A stretch of DNA of 45,156 nucleotides, taken from an uncultured Candidatus Saccharibacteria bacterium. Its GTDB lineage: Bacteria; Patescibacteriota; Minisyncoccia; GWC2-36-17; WO2-46-25. The stretch is taken from the NCBI GenBank assembly GCA_964366905.1, contig CAYIVQ010000001.1, forward strand, positions 1 to 45,156, given 5' to 3'. Positions 1 through 7,160 of this stretch are shown in pieces (position 1 is the first letter of the stretch; every line of letters begins with the position of its first letter). The position numbers and the translations under genes are program-made. The notes under the pieces are model-generated. The model saw only the letters and a program-made list of their open reading frames with translations. It had not been told where the DNA came from and did not search any database.

Positions 1-2
1 AT

Positions 3-602
3 GGCAAAATCGTCAAAGAAGAAATCAATCCGATGAAAGTGAAGCCGGAATTGATGACGGAAAAAGCGTCAAAAGATATGCGCGAAAAACATGTTCGCGA
101 ATTCGCTGACGCGCTTTCCGATTATTTCTTGAATGTGTCCGAGATTCACCTTAAAGACAAAATGGACGAATTAGTCATAAAAAATTTAACGGGAGAGATG
201 TCTCTTGAAGAATTAAAAAAGATGGCGGCGCTTCCGATGCGAGATGGAGGACTTGGATTTGGAGAGGGAAGGACAGACGAATTGGTTGCGCGCTTGGAAA
301 TGATTATTTTCGAAAGCGAAATTCTAAAACAGGTAGATGATGAGAAAGCCCGTTTCCTGCCTTTAAATAAAGAAGTCGGCGAACTAAGAAGATATGTGTT
401 GTCCGATTACGGAAAGCCGCTGACTTTTTTACGGATTAAACGATTGGAAGAAGCGATAGGAAGCTTGATTCGGGGCGCCATAGACGGCGAAGCGTTTTCA
501 AAAATAGTCGCTCTACCGGAAATTTCCGGCGGAGTCGGGTTTCCCGCTTCCGACGCGTTCCGATTTTTATTTAAATTGAAAATGGTGATGAAGCTGCGTT
601 AA
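3..602 (+). CDS. hypothetical protein, 5' end probably beyond the window edge
   Basis: Frame is open from nt 3 to the stop at 600-602. First in-window ATG is at 33. Two internal copies of an ALPxxxGG[LV]GF motif. No family recognised. Confidence 0.5.
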   Translation, partial: GKIVKEEINPMKVKPELMTEKASKDMREKHVREFADALSDYFLNVSEIHLKDKMDELVIKNLTGEMSLEELKKMAALPMRDGGLGFGEGRTDELVARLEMIIFESEILKQVDDEKARFLPLNKEVGELRRYVLSDYGKPLTFLRIKRLEEAIGSLIRGAIDGEAFSKIVALPEISGGVGFPASDAFRFLFKLKMVMKLR

Positions 603-636
603 CAACTTAACGGCTTACAACTAACAACTTATAACT

Positions 637-768
637 CTTTGAATTACGAAATAGCCATTTTTGTGTCTTTCTGAGGGAGTCAGCGACCGAAGAATCTCTG
701 AAAATCAAGTAAAATACTAGATTCTTCGCAAGCTCAGAATGACAAACTACGCATTTCGTAATTCAAAG
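637..768. mobile_element. 132-bp MITE-like element, copy A
   Basis: Perfect 16-bp terminal inverted repeats CTTTGAATTACGAAAT / ATTTCGTAATTCAAAG. Flanked by direct TATAACT (630-636 and 769-775). Internal 10-bp stem CGAAGAATCT/AGATTCTTCG. Identical to copy B at 5829-5960. Confidence 0.8.
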
Positions 769-814
769 TATAACTACAATAATGAAAAAGTTTAGATTTT
801 TAGATTAGTTATTT

Positions 815-2752
815 ATGTGGCAAACTGAATTAAAACAATATATTGCTAATGTTTCTAAAATGGGATTTCCTGAAGCAAAAATTCGGGATGTTTTGCGCGG
901 CGCGGGATGGAAAGACGACCAAATTAATGGCGGATTCAAAGCCATAAAATTGATGACAATAATAAACGCGCCTGCTATCGCGCTGGATTTGGAAAAAATC
1001 GCGAAAGTGCAAAGAACTTTTCATGACGATTTGAAAAAAGTAAAATCTCAAGAAAAAACCGTTATTTCGCGTCATTCTGAGGAAGTCGGTGACCGAAGAA
1101 TCTCTGAAAATCAAGCAAAATACCGGATTCTTCGCAAGCTCAGAATGACAAATAAGAAGCTTAGTAATCCAAAGTTAATAAAAGAAACATACGAGCATGA
1201 TTATTTTTTGCCGGAAGCCCATGATTATTATCTCGCGCCATCTTCCGCAAGACAACCCGCCGCATTGCTTGCCGGCGCTTCCGCGCCGGCGCCACTAATG
1301 CTTGCTTCGCCGTCATACCTGACGATATGGTGGCGAAAAATTCAATTTTGGACGGAATATTTTTTTACATCATTGGAAGGAGCTCTTGTCATCTTAGGGA
1401 AAACTGCTCTTTTGCCGATTGTGATTATTAGTTTTATTGTCACTGCCATTACTGTATCCATTAAGTCGGTCGCGGCAAAAAAACCTAAAATAAAACAAAC
1501 TCCTGCAATAGAATCTATTACCGAATTTGCATCCGTCTCTGAACAAAATTTTCCGGAACATATTTTAATCCGAGATGTTTTTAGGCTTGCGGGAAGAATG
1601 TTTCGGACCCGCCGCCTGCGGACATTTTTGACAATATTGGGTATCAGCGTCGGCATCGGCACTATTTTATTTTTAGTTTCGCTCGGTTATGGAATGCAAA
1701 ATGTTTTATTTGAAAAAATCACAACCGAAGAAGCATTATTGACTCTAGACGCGATGCCGCCATCCGATAATACTGTGGTTGCTATTAATAAACAATTGGT
1801 GGATAAAATTAAAGAAATCAACGGAGTAGCGGAAGTAAGCGCTATGACAACATTAAGCGGCTCGATTTTGTGGAAAGATTTTTCCGCCGCCGGACTTGTC
1901 AATGTAGTTGACCCGTCTTATTTAAGACTTGCAGGAGTCAAACCTATTGCCGGGATGATGCCCGGATTAAGCGAAAAAAACGTGATTGTTGTTTCTTCGG
2001 CTATTATGCAATTATTTAATTTAAATTCTCCGGAAGAAGCGCTTGGCAAAGAATTAACTTTTGTCGTGTCTTTGGAGAACGGAGAAGAGATGAAATCAGT
2101 AAATTTGGATAATAATTTCAAAGTAGTCGGGGTTGTTGATGACTCATTTTCGGTATTTGCGTATATCTCAAAAGAAGATATTCCGGATTTTGATATTTCC
2201 GAATATTCGCAATTAAAAGTTAAAGTCGCGGACTCTCAATTATTGGAGCCTGTCAGAGAACAATTATTGACTCACGGGCTTTTAGTGTCCGCTCTTTCGG
2301 AAACAGTCGATCAAGCGCGTAAAGTTTTCAATATTGTCCGATTGATACTCGGATTATTTGGCATCATCACTTTAGTGGTTTCCGCTATCGGCATGTTAAA
2401 CACTATGACCATCGCCTTGCTTGAAAGAACGCAGGAAGTAGGGATAATGAAAGCGATTGGCGCTTCTGATTTTGATATTTGGAAGCTGTTTTTAGCTGAA
2501 GCTATGATTATGGGATTTTTTGGAGGAATAGGAGGGATAGCGATGGGTTACTTGAGCGCTAATCTGTTTAATTTAGGCATCAACGCTTTGGCGAAAGCTT
2601 TTGGCGGTCAAAGCCTCAACTTCTTTCAAACCCCGTCATGGTTTGTGCTGACAATCGTAATATTCTCGGTGACTGTCGGCATGATCACCGGTCTTTGGCC
2701 AGCTCGTCGAGCGTCAAGATTGGACCCATTGGACGCGTTGAAATACAAATAA
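815..2752 (+). CDS. ABC transporter permease, MacB/FtsX-like, with ~250-aa N-terminal extension
   Basis: First TM RTFLTILGISVGIGTILF, a large extracytoplasmic loop, then a C-terminal FtsX-type region (IMKAIGASDFDIWKLFLAEAMIMGFFGG). The consensus-like N-terminus (IRDVFRLAGRMFRTRRLR) has no nearby ATG, which supports the long ORF. Confidence 0.8.
   Translation: MWQTELKQYIANVSKMGFPEAKIRDVLRGAGWKDDQINGGFKAIKLMTIINAPAIALDLEKIAKVQRTFHDDLKKVKSQEKTVISRHSEEVGDRRISENQAKYRILRKLRMTNKKLSNPKLIKETYEHDYFLPEAHDYYLAPSSARQPAALLAGASAPAPLMLASPSYLTIWWRKIQFWTEYFFTSLEGALVILGKTALLPIVIISFIVTAITVSIKSVAAKKPKIKQTPAIESITEFASVSEQNFPEHILIRDVFRLAGRMFRTRRLRTFLTILGISVGIGTILFLVSLGYGMQNVLFEKITTEEALLTLDAMPPSDNTVVAINKQLVDKIKEINGVAEVSAMTTLSGSILWKDFSAAGLVNVVDPSYLRLAGVKPIAGMMPGLSEKNVIVVSSAIMQLFNLNSPEEALGKELTFVVSLENGEEMKSVNLDNNFKVVGVVDDSFSVFAYISKEDIPDFDISEYSQLKVKVADSQLLEPVREQLLTHGLLVSALSETVDQARKVFNIVRLILGLFGIITLVVSAIGMLNTMTIALLERTQEVGIMKAIGASDFDIWKLFLAEAMIMGFFGGIGGIAMGYLSANLFNLGINALAKAFGGQSLNFFQTPSWFVLTIVIFSVTVGMITGLWPARRASRLDPLDALKYK
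1043..1174 (+). repeat. decayed 132-bp MITE copy C, translated inside the permease CDS
   Basis: Core 1071-1153 is about 90% identical by eye to copies A/B. The right end is collinear (28 nt from GACAAA to CAAAG, as in A). The left end is degenerate. Read in frame as SRHSEEVGDRRISENQAKYRILRKLRMTNKKLSNPK. Confidence 0.7.
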
Positions 2753-2771
2753 AACTAATTTCTAATAAACT

Positions 2772-2813
2772 AAATTACGCATATAATTACTATAGTAACT
2801 ATACACGTAATTT
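2772..2813. promoter_or_regulatory. 42-bp imperfect palindrome (18/21 pairs) upstream of the PaaX-like gene; candidate operator and/or terminator of the permease gene
   Basis: AAATTACGCATATAATTACTA|TAGTAACTATACACGTAATTT centred on CTATAG. Related to the perfect palindrome at 3410-3467. Ends 21 nt before the ATG at 2835. Confidence 0.5.
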
Positions 2814-2834
2814 GCGGTTAAGTGATTAGGTATT

Positions 2835-3419
2835 ATGAAAAAACAAAATAGATCAAAAAATTTACCAAGATTAAAAATTGGCCACACAGGTCAAAAGATT
2901 TTGCTTTTAATCAGCGCTGGGTTAACACTTAGTTTAACACACAGACCGGATCAATATTTTCGAATCATCGCAAACACTAGATATGAATGGCAGAAAATCA
3001 ACAACAGATGTTTGCATGAAGCGATTAAAAGATTATATCAATCAAAGTTAATAGATTATAAAGAAAACAACGATGGGACGATTGTTTTAGTTTTATCCGA
3101 ACAGGGGACACAAAAAATATTAAAATATAATTTAGACACAATAAAATTACAGAGACATGATGAATGGGACGGATTATGGCGATTAGTGATATTTGATATT
3201 CCCGAGCATTTTAAGAAAGGAAGAAGCGCGTTATCAAATAAATTAAAACAACTCGGTTTTTACCCTCTTCAAAAAAGTGTTTTTATTTATCCTTATGAGT
3301 GTAAAAATGAAACTGATTTTATTATTGAGTTTTTTGGAATGAAACCATATGTTAGATTCATTTTAGCCAAAGAAACTGATATTGATTTAGACTTGAAAAA
3401 TAAATTTAATCTAACCTAA
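2835..3419 (+). CDS. PaaX-like regulator (winged-helix N-terminus, PaaX/Cas2-like C-terminal domain)
   Basis: WDGLWRLVIFDIPEHFKKGRSALSNKLKQLGFYPLQKSVFIYP matches the PaaX-family C-terminal signature as I remember it. The central HEAIKRLYQSKLIDYKENNDGTIVLVLSEQG looks like a wHTH. Confidence 0.55.
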   Translation: MKKQNRSKNLPRLKIGHTGQKILLLISAGLTLSLTHRPDQYFRIIANTRYEWQKINNRCLHEAIKRLYQSKLIDYKENNDGTIVLVLSEQGTQKILKYNLDTIKLQRHDEWDGLWRLVIFDIPEHFKKGRSALSNKLKQLGFYPLQKSVFIYPYECKNETDFIIEFFGMKPYVRFILAKETDIDLDLKNKFNLT

Positions 3420-3467
3420 ATTACGTGTATAATTACTATAGTAATTATACACGTAATTTAGGTTAGA
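3410..3467. repeat. 58-bp perfect palindrome between convergent PaaX-like gene and recG
   Basis: Verified base by base: 3438-k pairs with 3439+k for k=0..28, with no loop and no mismatch. Overlaps the stop codon at 3417-3419. Core shared with 2772-2813. Confidence 0.9.
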
Positions 3468-3485
3468 GATGATTATTGTTTATGT

Positions 3486-5774
3486 TTATTCAAAATGAAT
3501 TTTTGCGTTAAATCGCGCAAGATAATTTTTCAGTTTCGGATGGCGGGTTAGTTCCGAGTCTTCTTTAAGCAATTGTATTGCTTCTTCGCGCGCTTCTTTT
3601 ATTAAAATTTTGTTAGTGAGCGACGCCATGGTTAAATCCGGCAGACCGGATTGGCGAGTGCCGAGAAAATCCCCCGGCCCTCTGATTTCCAAATCCTTTT
3701 CCGCGAGCTCAAACCCGTTCTGGCAATTTATTAATGCTTTCAGCCGTCTGCTATTTGCCAATGTCGTATTTTCCGCGAATAAAAGGCAGTATGATTGATA
3801 TTCTCCTCGGCCCACTCTGCCTCTGAATTGATGAAGTTGCGCCAAACCGAAATGCTCCGCCCCTTCAATAAGCATCAAAACGGCATTTGGCACATCAATG
3901 CCGACTTCTATGACTGAAGTTGAAACTAAAATATTGAAGCGATTGGCCTTGAATTCCTTCATGATCCGCTCTTTTTCTTGCGGCTTCATTTTGCCGTGCA
4001 ACATTTCTATTTTCAGATCGGGGAAAATTTCACTGGAAAGTTTTTGATATTCTTCTTTGACAGTTTTGACTTCTTTTTTAAGCAATTCTTGCTGATATGT
4101 TTTTTCGCTTTTGATTTTTGAATCTTCCTGCGCGTCTATTCTCGGACAAATCACAAATGCTTGCCTGCCTTTTCTAATCTCTTCGCGAACAAAATCATAA
4201 GCAGACGTTCGTTCTGAAGGAGTTATTATTTTTGTAACAATATTTTTACGATTTTTCGGCATCTCATTAAGCAAAGAAATATCCAAATCGCCGTATAACG
4301 TGAGAGTGAGAGTGCGCGGTATCGGAGTGGCAGTCATTGATAAAAGATGGGGCATCAGACCGCTTACCGTTTTATATCTTTGCAAAAGTTCAGCCCGCTG
4401 ATTAACACCAAAACGATGCTGTTCATCAAGCACGATAAGTCCTAAGGAAGGGAAAGAGACTTTTTCTGAAATTAGCGCGTGAGTTCCAGTAGTAATTAAA
4501 AGCTTTTTGGACGTTAGCTGATTTAAAAATTCCTGTTTTTTCAGCTTATATTCCGACTTAACTTCAGAATCAAATATTTCAGCGCTGTTGCCGGTAAGCA
4601 GACCGACATTAAAGCCAAATTCGGCAACCATACTGCTTAAAGTATGAAAATGCTGGCGGGCAAGCACTTCGGTTGGCGCCATTATGGCAATTTGGCGGCC
4701 TTTAGAAGCCGCGTTTAACGCGGCAATCGCCGCCACGACCGTTTTACCGGATCCAACATCGCCTTCAAGCAAGCGATTCATCGGGATATTTTTTGACATA
4801 TCCTGTAAAATTTCCCACGCGGCCTTGCGTTGAGAATCAGTCAGCGTGAAAGAAAGAGAAGCGACGAATTTTTTTGTTTTTTCTATGTCAAAAGGTATCG
4901 GTGGCGCGGCAGATTTTTTTATTTTTCGTCTTGCTTTCAGTATAATCAGTTGAATGAGAAGCAATTCTTCAAAAGCCAGCCGTCTTTTCGCTTCTTTCAC
5001 TTCATCAGTATTTTCAGGAAAATGAATTTTTAAAATAGCGGAGCTTATGGGAAGCAGATTATGCTTCTTTATGATTTCTTGCGGGAGAATCTCTTCCATT
5101 TGCGCGGCTTGCCCGTCATACGGCGAGTGCTCCCGTTTTGTCCAAGAGCTTTGCGATTGGCGCACAAAACGCAGTCCAGCGAGGCTTTTGCCGAGTCGTG
5201 GCTCCGCTTTCTCCGTTCGCGGGTTGCCGATCGCGTTTTTCACCAGGAATCTGATCCAACGAGAAGTAATGCCCGCGGTTTCACGATATATCGGCACCAA
5301 TCCTCCAGTATGCGTATGTTCGGAAGTCGAACTTTCAAATATTCTTTCATAAGCGGGATTTTGCAAATATAAAGAGTTGCCGTAAGAAACCGCCTTTCCG
5401 GCCAAATTCACTAAACTGCCGATTTTCAGATTTCGAATCAAAAACGGCTGGTTGAACCACACTGCTTTTATCATGCCGCTTTCATCTGAAACTTCCGCTT
5501 CAGTAACATACATATTTTTTTTCCATGTCCGTTTGTTCGTTATTTTATCTATTTTCGCGCGAATAGTCGCAGTTTCACCAGGAGTCAATTCGGCTATATT
5601 TACAATTTTTGAGAAATCATCATATCGAAATGGAATATGCCGCAAAAGATCATAAACAGTATGAATGCCCAAAACTTTAAGTGGTTTGACAATCTTATAG
5701 TTGACTCCTTTTAACTTTTCTATCGGGTCGGATAAACCGATATTTTTTATATGAGTTTTACCTATCATAAACAA
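3486..5774 (-). CDS. recG: ATP-dependent DNA helicase RecG
   Basis: 762 aa. N-terminal wedge region (HIPFRYDD), Walker A GDVGSGKT, DEQHRFG box, C-terminal helicase motifs (QLHQFRGRVGRG), TRG-like end. Confidence 0.93.
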   Translation of the reverse strand: MFMIGKTHIKNIGLSDPIEKLKGVNYKIVKPLKVLGIHTVYDLLRHIPFRYDDFSKIVNIAELTPGETATIRAKIDKITNKRTWKKNMYVTEAEVSDESGMIKAVWFNQPFLIRNLKIGSLVNLAGKAVSYGNSLYLQNPAYERIFESSTSEHTHTGGLVPIYRETAGITSRWIRFLVKNAIGNPRTEKAEPRLGKSLAGLRFVRQSQSSWTKREHSPYDGQAAQMEEILPQEIIKKHNLLPISSAILKIHFPENTDEVKEAKRRLAFEELLLIQLIILKARRKIKKSAAPPIPFDIEKTKKFVASLSFTLTDSQRKAAWEILQDMSKNIPMNRLLEGDVGSGKTVVAAIAALNAASKGRQIAIMAPTEVLARQHFHTLSSMVAEFGFNVGLLTGNSAEIFDSEVKSEYKLKKQEFLNQLTSKKLLITTGTHALISEKVSFPSLGLIVLDEQHRFGVNQRAELLQRYKTVSGLMPHLLSMTATPIPRTLTLTLYGDLDISLLNEMPKNRKNIVTKIITPSERTSAYDFVREEIRKGRQAFVICPRIDAQEDSKIKSEKTYQQELLKKEVKTVKEEYQKLSSEIFPDLKIEMLHGKMKPQEKERIMKEFKANRFNILVSTSVIEVGIDVPNAVLMLIEGAEHFGLAQLHQFRGRVGRGEYQSYCLLFAENTTLANSRRLKALINCQNGFELAEKDLEIRGPGDFLGTRQSGLPDLTMASLTNKILIKEAREEAIQLLKEDSELTRHPKLKNYLARFNAKIHFE
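5112..5228 (-). repeat. intragenic GC-rich repeat, 114-nt long form, in recG
   Basis: Read on the recG strand as (G)NPRTEKAEPRLGKSLAGLRFVRQSQSSWTKREHSPYDG. The 72-nt internal segment is identical to that at 24330-24401. Confidence 0.85.
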
Positions 5775-5828
5775 TATACTATCATGTTCTTTAGTATTTT
5801 TGAATTATATTATATAATAGCTATAATC

Positions 5829-5960
5829 CTTTGAATTACGAAATAGCCATTTTTGTGTCTTTCTGAGGGAGTCAGCGACCGAAGAATCTCTGAAAATCAA
5901 GTAAAATACTAGATTCTTCGCAAGCTCAGAATGACAAACTACGCATTTCGTAATTCAAAG
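5829..5960. mobile_element. 132-bp MITE-like element, copy B
   Basis: Identical to copy A. Flanked by direct TATAATC (5822-5828 and 5961-5967). Fills most of the recG / GGDEF divergent intergenic region. Confidence 0.8.
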
Positions 5961-5980
5961 TATAATCAGTAAAACACAAG

Positions 5981-6607
5981 ATGGACTTCGAAGATAACAT
6001 AAAAAAACTCAAAACAGAACTCAAAAAGAAAGAGCTGGAAATAACCAAATTAAAGACTTTGGTCAGCAGAGATGAGCTGACCGGAGTTTATAACAGGCGG
6101 GGATTCAAAGAAGAAATCAACAGAATTTTTAACGATATCGCTTTCGCCCGCGCCAATCCGGAGGCAAGAAAACATTTTTATATCGCTCATTTAAGCTTGT
6201 TGTTTTTTGACATAGATAATTTCAAGAAAATTAACGATACTTACGGCCATAAAACCGGGGATCATATTTTGCAATATGTTACCGGCGTTATATCAAAAAA
6301 AGTCCGCAGCATTGATATGGTGGGAAGATGGGGCGGGGAAGAGATAGCCGTGGCTCTAATAGGTTCAGACTCGGAAAACGCGTATAGAAAAGCGGAAGAA
6401 ATAAGAAAAGCAATCAAGCAAAGAGTCAGAATACCTTCAAAGGATATGGTGCCAATCACCGTAAGCATCGGGGTGGCGCAAATCATAAACGGAATGAATC
6501 TTGACGAGCTTGTAAAGGCCGCCGATTCCGCAATGTACAAAGCGAAAAAAACAGGCAAGAATAAAACTATCAGGTTTGATGAAAATGAAAAAACTATGTT
6601 AAAATAA
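5981..6607 (+). CDS. diguanylate cyclase (coiled-coil + GGDEF domain)
   Basis: LTGVYNRRGF, DIDNFKKINDTYGH, active-site variant GGEEI, RSID (RxxD I-site) five residues upstream, AMYKAKKTGKN. Confidence 0.85.
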   Translation: MDFEDNIKKLKTELKKKELEITKLKTLVSRDELTGVYNRRGFKEEINRIFNDIAFARANPEARKHFYIAHLSLLFFDIDNFKKINDTYGHKTGDHILQYVTGVISKKVRSIDMVGRWGGEEIAVALIGSDSENAYRKAEEIRKAIKQRVRIPSKDMVPITVSIGVAQIINGMNLDELVKAADSAMYKAKKTGKNKTIRFDENEKTMLK

Positions 6608-6634
6608 ACATGCGCCATAATTAACTCATATCGT

Positions 6635-7144
6635 ATGCAAATCAATCAAAAACAAACAAATATATTTTTAATAATCGGGGTAATCGCGGCAATAATAATA
6701 ATCGGCATGCTTTTTTATCTCGGCGCGCAAAAAACCGGAAAACAAGAAAAGTCAGCCGGCGAAAAAAAAGCGACATCCGTCGCGACCCAAAAATTAATAG
6801 AGACGGATGCAACCGATCCATCTCATATCAACAATATAAAATATACTCAAGGCGCGCTGGAACGATATTATAACGACAAAAGCCAATATCCAAAACAATT
6901 GGAAGACCTAGTGCCGTATTATTTAACTATCTTGCCAAAATACTCTTCCAGTCGTAATTATTTCTATGCTTATTATCCGGCGGAAAAGCCTCAAAAATAC
7001 CACATAGGCGCTTTGCTCGGAGGACGAAATGAAGCAAGCCCAGCGGCATTTCGTTCTGATTCCGACCTTGATTCGGCAAAAGCAGGATATATCAATGGCT
7101 TTAATGGTATGGACCCGGTGTATGATCTTGCCGGAGATAAATAA
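6635..7144 (+). CDS. hypothetical N-terminally anchored extracytoplasmic protein
   Basis: Single N-terminal hydrophobic helix IFLIIGVIAAIIIIGMLFYLGA. The rest is hydrophilic. No family recognised. Confidence 0.5.
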   Translation: MQINQKQTNIFLIIGVIAAIIIIGMLFYLGAQKTGKQEKSAGEKKATSVATQKLIETDATDPSHINNIKYTQGALERYYNDKSQYPKQLEDLVPYYLTILPKYSSSRNYFYAYYPAEKPQKYHIGALLGGRNEASPAAFRSDSDLDSAKAGYINGFNGMDPVYDLAGDK

Positions 7145-7160
7145 ATTCTAAACACAAAGT

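Noticed and set aside
3410-3467. The palindromes flanking the PaaX-like gene as integron attC-like cassette sites (ATCTAAC ... GTTAGA resembles RYYYAAC / GTTRRRY core sites).
   Set aside because: attC sites are imperfect, with extrahelical bases, whereas this one is a perfect palindrome. There is no intI, no attI and no cassette array. I keep this only as a remote possibility.
3410-3467. The 58-bp and 42-bp perfect palindromes as ordinary rho-independent terminators.
   Set aside because: They have no loop, AT-rich stems and no downstream T-tract on either strand. Clear canonical terminators elsewhere in the window (21582, 28323, 33326, 37458) look quite different.
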